NCBI GenBank assembly: GCA_963665095.1
Contig: OY762069.1
Location: 3,616,001-3,680,000 of the forward strand
Direction of reading: 5' to 3'
Source: an uncultured Desulfobacter sp.
Lineage (GTDB): Bacteria > Desulfobacterota > Desulfobacteria > Desulfobacterales > Desulfobacteraceae
DNA: 64,000 bases
In this document: positions 31,170 to 41,572 of the stretch, piece after piece
How the letters are laid out: each line of letters begins with the position of its first letter
Numbering within the stretch: the first letter of the stretch is position 1
Notes under the pieces: model-generated
The model's database searches: none
Seen by the model: only the letters and a program-made list of their open reading frames with translations
Told to the model about the DNA's origin: nothing
Position numbers and translations under genes: made by a program

Positions 31170-33371
31170 TCAGGCGCATTCGGAGTAGCCGCAGGCACGG
31201 CAGACCATGCAGCCCCCCTCATGTTCCACAGGCCCTCCGCAGTCCGGGCATGCCCCGCCGTTGGTGATGCGGTCTGCCCCGATCTCGCTCTTGTCCAGGG
31301 TGTGCTGCAGGATGGCTTTGGCCACGGCATCGGCGCATGAGGTCACGCGGTTGTCACCGAACCCTGCATGCTTGTGGCAGCTGATGCCGATGAGCTGTTT
31401 GACCGCCTGGCGGGCCTGAACACCGCTGCGCCAGGCCAGGGAGACCAAACGGCCGATGGCTTCGCACTGAGAGGCGGCACAGCCGCCTGCTTTCCCCATG
31501 GTGGTAAATAACTCAAACAGGCCGTCCTCATCCTCGTTGATGGTGACGTAAAGGGGCCCGCAACCGGTTTCCATCTGATAGGTATTGCCGGAAAGGGACC
31601 GGGGCCGTTCCCGTTTATATCCGGCTTTGCCTTTTTCCACAGGCATTTTCTTTTCATCCGGCCCTGAGAAACTGAGCACCTGCTGATCCCTGGAACCATC
31701 ACGGTAAATGGTGACGCCTTTGCAGCCCTCACGGTAGGCGAGACGGTAAACCTGTGCAACGGCGTCCGGGTCTGCGGTGTACGGGAAATTAACGGTTTTG
31801 GAGACTGCGTTGTCCGTATGACGTTGAAAGGCGGCCTGCATCAGGACATGGTCCTTTGGGGTGATATCGTGGGCGGTGACGAACAGGCTGCGGATCTCTT
31901 CCGGTATTTCGTCCATATCTTTGATACTGCCTTTCTCCGCGATCTTTTTCATCAGTTCCGGAGAGTAAAACCCGCGTTCTTTGGCAATACGTTCGAAAAT
32001 CGGATGAACTTCCACCAGCGTATCGTTGTCCAGGATCTTCCGTATATAGGAGACTGCAAACAGCGGTTCAATGCCCGAGGATGTGTTGGCAATGATGGAT
32101 AGGGTACCGGTGGGGGCGATGGTCGTGCAGGTGGCGTTACGCCGGGCAGGTTCTCCTCTTTGCTGTGAAAGGCTTCCTTCGAAGTTGGGAAAGGCCCCGC
32201 GTTCCCCGGCAAGGGTCTGGGACGCCTGCCTTGCCTCCCGGGAGATGAAGGCCATAAGCCGTTCTCCAAGTTCCAGGGCCTTTTGGCTGTTGTAGGGGAT
32301 TCCCAAAAGAATCAGCATATCGGCCCAGCCCATGATACCCAGTCCGATCTTGCGATTGGCCCGGGTCATTTCCTTGATCTGGGGCAGCGGGAAGCGATTA
32401 ACTTCAATGACGTTGTCCAGAAAGCGGCAGGCCAGGCGAACCGTACGGCCAAGTTTTTCCCAGTCCACCTTTGCCCCGGAAGTCAGCATGGCAGAAAGGT
32501 TGACAGATCCCAGGTTGCAGGACTCAAAGGGCAGAAGCGGTTGTTCGCCACAGGGGTTGGTGGCCTCGATATTGCCGATGTGGGGGGTGGGGTTGTCTTT
32601 ATTTATGCGGTCCAGGAAGATAATGCCGGGCTCGCCGTTGTGCCATGCCATGTCCACGATCCGGCTGAATACCTTGCGTGCGGACAGCGGTTTGACCCTC
32701 TCCTGGGTGCGGGGATTGATAAGATAATAGTCTTCGTCCCTTTCCACGGCATTCATGAATGACTCTGTCAGACCTACTGAGATGTTGAAATTGTTCAGGA
32801 CTAAGGGATCCTTTTTTGCCATGATGAAATCCATGATATCGGGGTGATCCACCCGCAGGATGCCCATGTTGGCCCCGCGCCGAGTGCCTCCCTGTTTAAT
32901 GGTTTCCGTTGCTGCATTAAACACCTGCATAAAGGAAAGAGGACCCGAAGACACGCCCTGGGTTGAAAGTACCACATCCTTTGCGGGGCGGATCCGGCTG
33001 AAGGAAAAGCCCGTGCCACCGCCGCTTTTATGAATAAGAGCCGTCTGCTTGATGGCTTCGAAAATACTTTCCATGGAGTCTTCCACCGGGAGAACGAAAC
33101 AGGCTGAGAGCTGGCCCAGTTCCCTTCCTGCATTCATCAGGGTCGGGGAATTCGGCAGGAATTCAAGAGATGAGATGAGTTGAAAAAATTCGGTTTCAAG
33201 TTCCCGGAGATCTTTGGCCGTGTCAAAGGTTGCTTCGGCCTGAGCAATTGTCTTGGCCACCCGGCAAAACATCTTTTCAGGCGTTTCAAGCAAGTGGCCG
33301 TCAGCATCGCGTTTGAGGTAGCGTCTCTCCAACACGGTCACGGCATTGGACGACAGGTCAGTGGTACTCAT
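31170..33371 (-). CDS. nrdJ: Class II adenosylcobalamin-dependent ribonucleotide reductase
   Basis: PNSPTLMNAG, SACFV, TNPCGEQPL, IAPTGT, KGVTIYRDGSR; C-terminal TSCPD-like domain and Zn ribbon. Confidence 0.95.
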   Translation of the reverse strand: MSTTDLSSNAVTVLERRYLKRDADGHLLETPEKMFCRVAKTIAQAEATFDTAKDLRELETEFFQLISSLEFLPNSPTLMNAGRELGQLSACFVLPVEDSMESIFEAIKQTALIHKSGGGTGFSFSRIRPAKDVVLSTQGVSSGPLSFMQVFNAATETIKQGGTRRGANMGILRVDHPDIMDFIMAKKDPLVLNNFNISVGLTESFMNAVERDEDYYLINPRTQERVKPLSARKVFSRIVDMAWHNGEPGIIFLDRINKDNPTPHIGNIEATNPCGEQPLLPFESCNLGSVNLSAMLTSGAKVDWEKLGRTVRLACRFLDNVIEVNRFPLPQIKEMTRANRKIGLGIMGWADMLILLGIPYNSQKALELGERLMAFISREARQASQTLAGERGAFPNFEGSLSQQRGEPARRNATCTTIAPTGTLSIIANTSSGIEPLFAVSYIRKILDNDTLVEVHPIFERIAKERGFYSPELMKKIAEKGSIKDMDEIPEEIRSLFVTAHDITPKDHVLMQAAFQRHTDNAVSKTVNFPYTADPDAVAQVYRLAYREGCKGVTIYRDGSRDQQVLSFSGPDEKKMPVEKGKAGYKRERPRSLSGNTYQMETGCGPLYVTINEDEDGLFELFTTMGKAGGCAASQCEAIGRLVSLAWRSGVQARQAVKQLIGISCHKHAGFGDNRVTSCADAVAKAILQHTLDKSEIGADRITNGGACPDCGGPVEHEGGCMVCRACGYSECA

Positions 33372-33401
33372 ATCAGTTATGTCCTTTTCAATATCGTTAA
33401 A

Positions 33402-33449
33402 GCCCAATATATAGCGCTCGAATAACGAATTAAACACAACATATTGTTA
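33402..33449. promoter_or_regulatory. Tandem NrdR boxes
   Basis: gcccaatatatagcgc (33402) and acacaacatattgtta (33434), 32 bp apart upstream of nrdJ; they fit acaCwAtATaTwGtg. Confidence 0.8.
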
Positions 33450-33768
33450 ATGTCAAGTAATAGGACATACAGGGTAACCGCATTTATAATAATACACAGA
33501 ATCTCCAATTAAATTTATTCCAGGTGTTCAAAAACAGACACAATGGTGTCCTGGGAATTTCGGAAAAAGCGTTCATTCATACCATTTTGTGAACCCTGGT
33601 ATTACTTGATCGTATTATGGAGATCCTCCAAATCTCAGAGTGCCAAGAGAAAATAGTTTGATGAAAGAGTTATTGAATTTTCGGTATCATCATTCTTTTG
33701 AAGTTCATTCTTGTTCAATCTTTGTTTAACCGATATTTTGTTCAACAAGTTGGGTAAAATCTGAAGAG

Positions 33769-34037
33769 ATGATGATATTGGGACATAACAGTTTAAAATG
33801 CTACATTATTTCAGGGCCTAATGGAGCTGGGAAAACCACCTTTGCAGAAAACTATCTTCCAGTAGAGGCTGAATGCTTGAACTTTATAAACGCTGATATG
33901 ATTGCAAAAGGGCTTGCTCCTTTCAACCCGGAAAGCGTTGCCATAGAAGCGGGAAAAATATTTTTAAAGCGTATTGAAACATTGGCCCATTTGCCTTTGA
34001 GACAACGCTAAGTGGATTGAATTTCATTGATCGCATT
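33769..34037 (+). pseudogene. Zeta-toxin-like P-loop kinase, frameshifted and transposon-interrupted
   Basis: [17 protein letters not shown]; after the frameshift [16 protein letters not shown], resuming at 37141 as NKWRTVGYEVI. Confidence 0.8.
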
Positions 34038-34330
34038 TGTTGAGTCGCATTTTATCCTGACTTAAATTTTCTAATTATTTTGAACAGATTAAATCTTTTC
34101 CATATTATTTAAGACAGCTACAGAAGTCGCTGCGCTCCTTCTCAGTAGGTTTTTAAGGCATAGGCAGAACAGCTTGAATAAAGCAGAAAGGGGAAGCAGG
34201 TAATCCCCACTTCCCCTGGCGCATTATTCAATGCTGCCTGCTTCCGGCTATCCCTTACCAGGTTGCTCCTCAGCAGAGCCCGGCTCCGTTTCACCGAAAT
34301 CGTAATATTCTGCTCTATGGCTGTTTTTTC

Positions 34331-35140
34331 TTAAAAAATTTCCGATGAAGCAATGCGGACATGCTCTGCAGATACCGTCATTGATTTTTCTGCCGCAGCA
34401 GCAATCAATGAGCCTCTGGCAAGATTATTCGCCTTTCGTAAAAGGCCGCCGGAGCCTTGATGAATCGCAGTCACCGCCTGGTCAGAAAAAAAGTTGGTGT
34501 CAACACCGCATAGTTTTAAATGATGGATCAGGTAAGTTTTCATTCCAGCCACATCCAGACCATCCAGATGGCTTTTAGCCACAATCCTGGATGCAAACGG
34601 GATTGACGTCCGGTACTGAAGCTTATCTATCAATGTCGGCTGACCTGCAAGGATCACAGGCAGCCAGGGCATGGCGTCTTTTTCAAATTGAACCAGGGTG
34701 TGAAGTTCGGCAAAGACTTCCATGCGAAGCAGAGATGCCTCATCTATAATCAAAACGGTTTTGATCTTTTTTCCCAGGACGAATTCACGTATTTCATTTT
34801 TAATAATGGAGATCATAACAGCGCGGGACGTCGATGTCCGCTCTATGCCCAGTTCTTCAACAATCTGCCGGTAAAGTTCCATGATGGAACCGCTTGAGGC
34901 CGTAACATAAAAGACTTTGTATTCCGAAGGGTGTAGGGATGAGGCGGCATACCTTAAGGCGGTGGACTTTCCGCTGCCCACATCCCCTGTGATAACCGCA
35001 CTGCAGCCAAGTCTTAAGGAATAATCAATCCGATTTTTAACGCCCGAGACCTCCGGGGTGACCAGGATATCATTGATTTCTATCTGTGCCGGGAAGGCCT
35101 CCCTATATAAGCCAAAAAAGGTACGATACATTTCACTCAT
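34331..35140 (-). CDS. ExeA/TnsC-like AAA+ ATPase (transposition helper)
   Basis: Walker A GDVGSGKS, Walker B LIIDEA, ILAGQP; 4 bp overlap with the transposase. Confidence 0.9.
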   Translation of the reverse strand: MSEMYRTFFGLYREAFPAQIEINDILVTPEVSGVKNRIDYSLRLGCSAVITGDVGSGKSTALRYAASSLHPSEYKVFYVTASSGSIMELYRQIVEELGIERTSTSRAVMISIIKNEIREFVLGKKIKTVLIIDEASLLRMEVFAELHTLVQFEKDAMPWLPVILAGQPTLIDKLQYRTSIPFASRIVAKSHLDGLDVAGMKTYLIHHLKLCGVDTNFFSDQAVTAIHQGSGGLLRKANNLARGSLIAAAAEKSMTVSAEHVRIASSEIF

Positions 35141-36393
35141 AACAGTTGCCCTCCCTTGTAATTTGAGGGTTCAGGCATAATCCGGATATCATTTTCGTTC
35201 CAGCGGTGCCGCTTGACCCGACAGTTCACAGCAAGGTCCACCGGGGTTAACAAGCCATAAGACTTTGCTTTATAGATAACTTCAGCCTGCAAAGGGGTGT
35301 CCTCATGGTACTTTACATCCACATGTCTGCCGATCAGCGCAACCGGGGCCTCAAACATGTTGCCGTCAAGGGTGATGGTTCGGTCCTTTGCCACCTTGCG
35401 CCGGGCGGTTTTGCGGAAGTGGTCTTTCAGATCCGGTGGGGCGGTACGGATGCACTCCATGGCCGAGGTAAATCTTTTAAACGGTGATTCGCCTGTGGAA
35501 CTGTGTTTACGCTGATGGTACTCATTATGAAGCCACTTCTCAAACGCCCCATTCAGATCATCCAGGGTCTTACCTGTAAATCTTTGCAGAAACTGAAGCC
35601 GAACCGTTCTGAACCAGCGCTCGATTTTACCTTTCCCCTGGGGTTTATATGGCCTTGCATGGATTAAAGCGATGGACAGAGACGCGGCTACATATTTTAA
35701 ATGATGGGATCTGAACGCAGGACCGTTATCTACATACAGCTTGCGGGGAAGCCCGCGGCTCAAAAAAGCTTGCTCCAGTACCATAAGATAGGTCTTCAGA
35801 TTCTCAGATAAATAAAAACCTGCAGCCGTAACCAGCCTGGAATGATCGTCCATAATGGCAATCAGGTACGTTTTTCTTTGCTTATCCTGAACCAGGACTG
35901 TAGGGCCGTGCATGACGTCGCTTTGCCACATATCATTGGGGTGCGGGGCTTCAAACTTTCTTCTATCCTCTGGCCGGGCCGTGTTCATTAGCCCCCGGCC
36001 GCGTAAAAAACGGTATACACTGGATGGACTGTATGTCTGGCATGTAGTTTTTTGAAGTGAACAGATCAATGTATCGACTGTCGCATCAGGCTGGTCTAAC
36101 CGGAGTTTGATTAGTTGAGATGCAGTCTCGTCATCGAATACCCTTGATTTTCCCTGGTCTGAACGGTCTTTGGGGTAAAGAGATTCTATTCGACCGTTAT
36201 ACTGCCGGACCCATCCCAGAATCGTACTTCTGGAAAGCCTGGTCCTTCCAGAATACGGGATGGACCATTTGCGGGCGCATTTCTGCTGTAAAATTCGTTC
36301 TTTTTCACCGTAATCAAAATTTGTTCCGGTCACAAATTCACAAATGACCCCAAACCTGAACACGGCAACCTCTTTTTTCTGATTTTCTGTCAT
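35137..36393 (-). CDS. DDE transposase (rve core, Mu-transposase C-terminal domain)
   Basis: HTH; WQSD, LYVDNG, GKIERWF catalytic triad; RKVAKDRTITLDG C-terminal barrel. Confidence 0.92.
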   Translation of the reverse strand: MTENQKKEVAVFRFGVICEFVTGTNFDYGEKERILQQKCARKWSIPYSGRTRLSRSTILGWVRQYNGRIESLYPKDRSDQGKSRVFDDETASQLIKLRLDQPDATVDTLICSLQKTTCQTYSPSSVYRFLRGRGLMNTARPEDRRKFEAPHPNDMWQSDVMHGPTVLVQDKQRKTYLIAIMDDHSRLVTAAGFYLSENLKTYLMVLEQAFLSRGLPRKLYVDNGPAFRSHHLKYVAASLSIALIHARPYKPQGKGKIERWFRTVRLQFLQRFTGKTLDDLNGAFEKWLHNEYHQRKHSSTGESPFKRFTSAMECIRTAPPDLKDHFRKTARRKVAKDRTITLDGNMFEAPVALIGRHVDVKYHEDTPLQAEVIYKAKSYGLLTPVDLAVNCRVKRHRWNENDIRIMPEPSNYKGGQLL

Positions 36394-36496
36394 ACTTCCT
36401 CCTTAAAATTTGGTTCTAAGGGCTTGTATGACAGTATGATCCTTCGGTAAATCACAGCCTTCGGTAGGGTGGTTTAAACCTGATCCAGCCCCATGG

Positions 36497-36943
36497 TTAA
36501 ATTGAACTGGTAACCGGGATTTTACCCATACCGATTAGCTTGATAAAACCAGCAACCACACCTTTGTCCCAACTGTTGGACAGGTAGGCCGCTATATTTC
36601 GTTTCAATGCAGTAAACCAAAAATGCTGTCGACTCCAGGAGAGTTCCGGCAGATACCGGTCTGTGTATAGACGACTCATAATGCTGGTAAGGATTTGCCA
36701 GATACTGGCCTGGAACCTCTTGAAAAAACCATATGGCTTCAATTTGAATACGGTTTTGCAATAGGGGCAGCGATATCGCTTCAAATACACCCCTTGATCA
36801 AATCCATCAAAAAAGGAGAGTACAAAGCCGTGTCCCCACAGCCTGGAGTCGTTGCAATGTGGACATCGTGACGGTTTTGGCCATGTAAAATTTTTGCCCT
36901 GCTTGAAAATTTGCTTGATATCAGCTTTGACCTTTATTATCAT
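36497..36943 (-). CDS. Small Zn-ribbon transposon protein (DUF6431-like)
   Basis: CPHC..LWGHG..RYRCPYC; first gene of the element. Confidence 0.75.
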   Translation of the reverse strand: MIIKVKADIKQIFKQGKNFTWPKPSRCPHCNDSRLWGHGFVLSFFDGFDQGVYLKRYRCPYCKTVFKLKPYGFFKRFQASIWQILTSIMSRLYTDRYLPELSWSRQHFWFTALKRNIAAYLSNSWDKGVVAGFIKLIGMGKIPVTSSI

Positions 36944-37174
36944 TTTTATGGTTGTTTTGGGATTTTATAAATCCCGGTCTTAAGGGCGAGGCTCTGCAAA
37001 GCTTTTCGCCCTTTTCATTTTTGTCAGAATGCTTTGATCAGAACCTGTACAGGATAATTTGAGAAAAATGGAACTTTGTCAATTTAATATGAAAAATTTG
37101 GCGGGTTTTTGTTCAGATTATTTCGGGAATCTACAGCATTAATAAATGGCGGACAGTTGGTTACGAAGTAATAA

Positions 37175-37920
37175 AGGGTGTTGAAACCATTTAAATCATA
37201 ACGGAGTTATAATTGCCTCACAGGTTTGAATTTTTTCTTTTTCAAAATCCAGTAGTTCATTTTTACCGTCGTATAATCTGAATTTGATTTTTACCGCGTG
37301 TTTTCATCTTATGAAACGGCCTTGGTGAGGTTTCAGATATACCGGTATTGTCCGAGCTATCGGTTTTATGAAAAATTCAATGTCGAATTTTTTGATTTAT
37401 CCTGTGGCTGCAAACAACTCCTTTTGTTTATTATATTTTTTCTGAGGCGTCTGCCTTGTACCAGCCATTTCAAGCAACAAGGTTGCAATTGTTGTCAACG
37501 CTGATCGAACAACTACACCATGCTGGCTTCTTACCCTTGTTTGTTCGAGGCCTTCCCTTTTTTTCATCAAATTGAAAGGACGTTCGCAGTTCTTCCGAAT
37601 CTAGATTGATTCTTGAGAACCTTGATGAAACGTCGGCATTGGCTGGAAATAACCACTATCAAAAGCCAGGACTCTTGATTTGGGGCATCTTGATTCGAAC
37701 ATACACTCACCGGGTGTTGTACCGCAGCCAATAACATAATACGACTTATCTCTTTTCTTCCGGCGCTTTCCACAATCACAATCCATGTCGGAATAGATTC
37801 GTACCTTTTTGCCCTTGATCTCAATTGTGCAAAGGGGATAGTTGATCTCTGATGGCAACTCAGTAGAATCAACGCCATGAATAACTGCGTTTTCAAGACA
37901 ACCAGATTTATAAAAATGAT
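37175..37920 (-). pseudogene. IS1182/IS5-like transposase remnant
   Basis: GVDSTEL...(deletion)...ESI*IRKNCERPFNLMKKREGL; IS-like end tttcaacaccct at ~37175. Confidence 0.65.
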
Positions 37921-38310
37921 GGCCGTTCCCACCCGGTTCAGCACGGTTGCCCCTAAACAAAGGCACAAACAATGCCCGGGTTTACGATTTGGTTTCAGAA
38001 AGCAGCAATCCCAGCCATTTCACATGAAATACTCCCCTAAAGGGTGTGCAGGTATAATCTTCCCTGGCAAACAGCTCAAAGCAAGGCAGGCAAAGAAGAT
38101 CAGGCTTGTTTTAATAAGGTGACCCCTCCCTGGCTCTGCTCTATATTTTTTTGCAAACCATGGCAGATAATAGCAAGGTCCTAATATTAAAACAAAAAAC
38201 CAGATGAATTGAATTTTGATAAAAGATCAGGAAAAGTGAAACCCTGGTGACCGGGATGCAGGTTTTGTAACCGGTTTGATAAAGCAGTCCCGGGACTGCT
38301 GCCTGCCTGA

Positions 38311-39864
38311 TTACAAATCCCTGGCAGCTCCCCGTGAACGGACTTTTTTTCTGCCAAAAGGGACCTTAAGTTTTTTCATACGGTTGCGCAGGGTGTTGGC
38401 ATTGATCCCAAGCAGCACTGCGGCACCGCCAGGACCGTCGATACGGCCCTTTGTCATCTCCAGGACCTGTTTGATATGAATGGCATTGACCCTGTCCAGG
38501 TTCAACTCCTGACTCATGGTTGTATCAGCCGGGGAGGGAGCCTTTTTTCCAAATGCATTGACCTCAAAATCCAGCAGCCCCCCCTGGTTCATAATCAGGG
38601 CTCTTTCCACAACATTTTCAAGCTCACGCACATTGCCCGGCCAGGAATAGGCCATGAGCCGGTCAATGGAATCCGGTGCAAGCCTGGGGATAATTCTCTT
38701 TTTCAGTTCCCGGGATTTTTTCTGTATCAGATACTGAACCAGCATGGGAATATCAGCCTGACGCTGCCGCAAGGGGGGAATCTGCACGGGAAACACTTTT
38801 ATCCTGAAGTAGAGGTCCTGCCGGAACTGCCCTTTTTTCAGCATGGCTTCCAGGTCCCGGTGGGTTGCCGCAATCACCCTGACATCCACTTTGATCTGGG
38901 CGGTACCACCCACACGCTCCAGCTCCTTTTCCTGGAGAACCCGCAGCAGCCGGATCTGGGCGTTCAATGGAAGCTCGCCGATCTCATCCAGAAACAAGGT
39001 TCCGGTATGGGCTCTTTCAAAACGCCCCCTTTTTCCCTGAACCGCACCGGTAAAGGCTCCTTTTTCATGGCCGAACAACTCACTGTCCAGAAGAGAGTCA
39101 GGGATGGCACCGCAGTTGATTTTTATAAACGGCCTGTTTCTTCTTCTGGATAAATTATGGATGGCATTGGCAATCACCTCCTTGCCTGTTCCGGTCTCTC
39201 CAAGCAGCAGCACAGGGCTGTCATGGTCTGCCACCTGGTGCACCATCTCCATTGCCGCACAAAGCCCTGAGTCCTGCCCCACAACCTCCTTGCCGGTCAT
39301 GCCGTATAATTCATCCTGGAGATACCGGTTGTCGTCTGCCAGGGCGTCTTTAATGCTGACAAGCTCCCTGTAGCGAAGTGCATTGGTAATGGCAACAGCA
39401 AAGGGTTTATTTAAAAGACGGATCAAATTAACATGGTCATCTGTAAACTGCCCTGGTTTTTCATTAAAAACAGTGACCATGCCCACTTCTTTGTTTTCAA
39501 GCATCAAATCCATGATAATGGCGGATCCATTGGAAAGGTCAAAAGAGTCCAGAGCAACTTTCGTATAGATATTTTCCTTCAGATTTTCAATATAGTGAAT
39601 CCCCTGAACCCAGTTCTCCTTTACGGATGCCCGCAGGTCCGGGGGCAGCTGTATCTGCTCTGACAAGGCCTGGCCGCAGGTTTGCGAAGCCATGGCAATG
39701 GTCTCTAAAATCCCTAGTTCATAATCATGCACATGAAAAGCCATGCGGTCGGCAGGCATGAAACCCTTTAGATACAAAAGGCACTTGTGCAATGCTGTTT
39801 CAATATCAAGGCTTGAACAGATCCTTAATATAGCTTTCATGAAAAATTCGGTTTTATCAACCAT
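38311..39864 (-). CDS. GAF-containing sigma54-dependent activator (NifA/FhlA-like)
   Basis: GETGTGKE, ELFGHEKGAFTGA, LFLDEIGE, WPGNVRELEN, C-terminal HTH. Confidence 0.95.
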   Translation of the reverse strand: MVDKTEFFMKAILRICSSLDIETALHKCLLYLKGFMPADRMAFHVHDYELGILETIAMASQTCGQALSEQIQLPPDLRASVKENWVQGIHYIENLKENIYTKVALDSFDLSNGSAIIMDLMLENKEVGMVTVFNEKPGQFTDDHVNLIRLLNKPFAVAITNALRYRELVSIKDALADDNRYLQDELYGMTGKEVVGQDSGLCAAMEMVHQVADHDSPVLLLGETGTGKEVIANAIHNLSRRRNRPFIKINCGAIPDSLLDSELFGHEKGAFTGAVQGKRGRFERAHTGTLFLDEIGELPLNAQIRLLRVLQEKELERVGGTAQIKVDVRVIAATHRDLEAMLKKGQFRQDLYFRIKVFPVQIPPLRQRQADIPMLVQYLIQKKSRELKKRIIPRLAPDSIDRLMAYSWPGNVRELENVVERALIMNQGGLLDFEVNAFGKKAPSPADTTMSQELNLDRVNAIHIKQVLEMTKGRIDGPGGAAVLLGINANTLRNRMKKLKVPFGRKKVRSRGAARDL

Positions 39865-40065
39865 GTCACCTGCCCTTTAATAAATCACCGGATTTGGTAA
39901 AACCTTCTATCCCCCCCGACAAAACAAATATAAGCTGCAATATATTAGATACACTAATACCATATTTGATATAAATTAAATTTTTCACCATATATCACAG
40001 AAATCTCATGTCCCAATCTATCACCAAACACACAATATATTGACATTAAAGCATTTAGTATCCAA

Positions 40066-40081
40066 TGGCACACCCATTGCT
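40066..40081 (+). promoter_or_regulatory. Sigma54 -24/-12 promoter
   Basis: TGGCAC-ACCCA-TTGCT fits the consensus, ~40 bp upstream of ATG 40123; IHF-like site near 40033-40045. Confidence 0.9.
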
Positions 40082-40122
40082 ATATAAATTTAAATTTGAA
40101 AAACAGCAAACCCGGAGGAAAC

Positions 40123-41499
40123 ATGACATCAACACACCCCGGACAGGTGAGCAGAAAAACAAAAACCCAGGTATTTAAACAATTCGGAGATCACATCTCC
40201 AGGGGACAGATCCGGTTTTTAACTGCCGGACACCTGGATATCCTTGAAAGAAAAAGAAAAGGGATCTGCTTTTCAGAAGCACAGACAGAAAGAACATTTC
40301 TGGACTGCTTTTCCTCTGCAGGTTCATTTAACACGGGCAGGGGAAACCAGAGTATTGCCCGGGCGGCCTGCGATCACGCCGGGGTAAGCGACATGGGCTC
40401 CTCCATGCTCCTCTCCCCTTTAAAGATCAGGCTTGCCCAGAAACTTGCAGACCTTGCGCCCGGGGACATGAATAAAGTGGTGCTTACCGGCAGCGGGGCT
40501 GACTCCATCGAAGCGGCCATAAAACTTGCCAGGGGCGCCACAGGAAGGGATGAAGTCATATCCATGGTAAAGGCGTACCACGGACATTCCGGATTCAGCC
40601 TGTCCGCAGGGGGAAAGGACTACTATAAAGAGTTGTTTGAGCCGCTCATGCCGGGGTTCCGGCTTGCTGCGTTCAACGATCTTGCCGCCGTAACCGCCAT
40701 GGCCTCGGAAAAGACCGCTGCCATCCTGCTGGAACCGGTCCAGGGAGAGGGCGGTATCCATGTGGCCACAGACGAGTATTTAAAAGGTTTAAGAAATCTT
40801 TGCGACAAACTTGGAATCATCCTTATTTTTGACGAAATCCAGACCGGGTTCGGACGCACCGGCAGGTTGTGGTTTTCCCAGCATTCAGGTGTTGTGCCCG
40901 ATATCATGGCCCTGGCCAAATCCATTGGCGGCGGCATATGCCCCAATGGCGCCATGGTGTACAGAGGCACAGAACAATTGACCGGGTATGTAAACAGATT
41001 TCCTTTTTTCCACAGGTCTTCCGGCGGGGGAAGCGATCTTGGGTGTGCCGTATCCTTAAAGGTTATTGACCACCTCATGGAAACCAGGCTGTGGGAAAAT
41101 GCCGAAAAAACAGGGGGGATGTTAAAGGCAGGACTGAACCGCATTATGGCCGAAAACAGCCGGATCATCAGGGAAGTCCGGGGCAAAGGGCTTATGATAG
41201 GCATTGAATATACCCAGGAGTTCATGGGAGTGCTCATGGCGGACTGCCTGTCCAAAAGCGGTATTTTTGCGGCCTATTCAGGCAATGCCCCCCAGGTCAT
41301 GAGGTTTATGCTCCCTTTAACAGTCACGGAACATGAGGTTAATGATTTTTTAGCCCGGTTTAAAAAAGCGCTGGCCCTTCAAAAGCGTTACCTGTTTTTC
41401 CTGCTGCCCCTGAGCAAAATCCCCATTGTGCGAAAATGGTTGAATGAAGACGATATTCTTGTTCCCATCAATGTCTTTGCCAGGAAATTCGGTCTTTAA
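40123..41499 (+). CDS. Class III aminotransferase (catalytic Lys present)
   Basis: GSGADS, AYHG, EPVQGEGG, FDEIQTGFGRTG, PDIMALAKSIGGG. Confidence 0.9.
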   Translation: MTSTHPGQVSRKTKTQVFKQFGDHISRGQIRFLTAGHLDILERKRKGICFSEAQTERTFLDCFSSAGSFNTGRGNQSIARAACDHAGVSDMGSSMLLSPLKIRLAQKLADLAPGDMNKVVLTGSGADSIEAAIKLARGATGRDEVISMVKAYHGHSGFSLSAGGKDYYKELFEPLMPGFRLAAFNDLAAVTAMASEKTAAILLEPVQGEGGIHVATDEYLKGLRNLCDKLGIILIFDEIQTGFGRTGRLWFSQHSGVVPDIMALAKSIGGGICPNGAMVYRGTEQLTGYVNRFPFFHRSSGGGSDLGCAVSLKVIDHLMETRLWENAEKTGGMLKAGLNRIMAENSRIIREVRGKGLMIGIEYTQEFMGVLMADCLSKSGIFAAYSGNAPQVMRFMLPLTVTEHEVNDFLARFKKALALQKRYLFFLLPLSKIPIVRKWLNEDDILVPINVFARKFGL

Positions 41500-41572
41500 C
41501 CCTGATATTCTAAACAAACCCCCGGCTGGATTTGAAATTCCATGAACGATCCGGGTCAAAGGAGTCTTCCCC

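Larger units (their letters stand above)
34038..37135 (-). mobile_element. 3,098 bp three-gene transposon (Zn-ribbon protein + Mu/TnsB-like DDE transposase + ExeA-like AAA ATPase)
   Basis: Ends TGT...ACA; 5 bp duplication GCATT at 34033-34037 and 37136-37140; the interrupted gene rejoins in frame. Confidence 0.9.

Noticed and set aside
34245..34296. Hammerhead or HDV ribozyme (GAAAC and CTGAGGA on the minus strand; TGC-TCCTCA-GCA on plus)
   Set aside because: Only one stem between the core elements, and the HDV P1/P2 pairings cannot be built; kept only as an unclassified structured segment.
40030..40045. NrdR-like acacaatatattgaca
   Set aside because: Its position just upstream of a sigma54 promoter fits an IHF-like site better.
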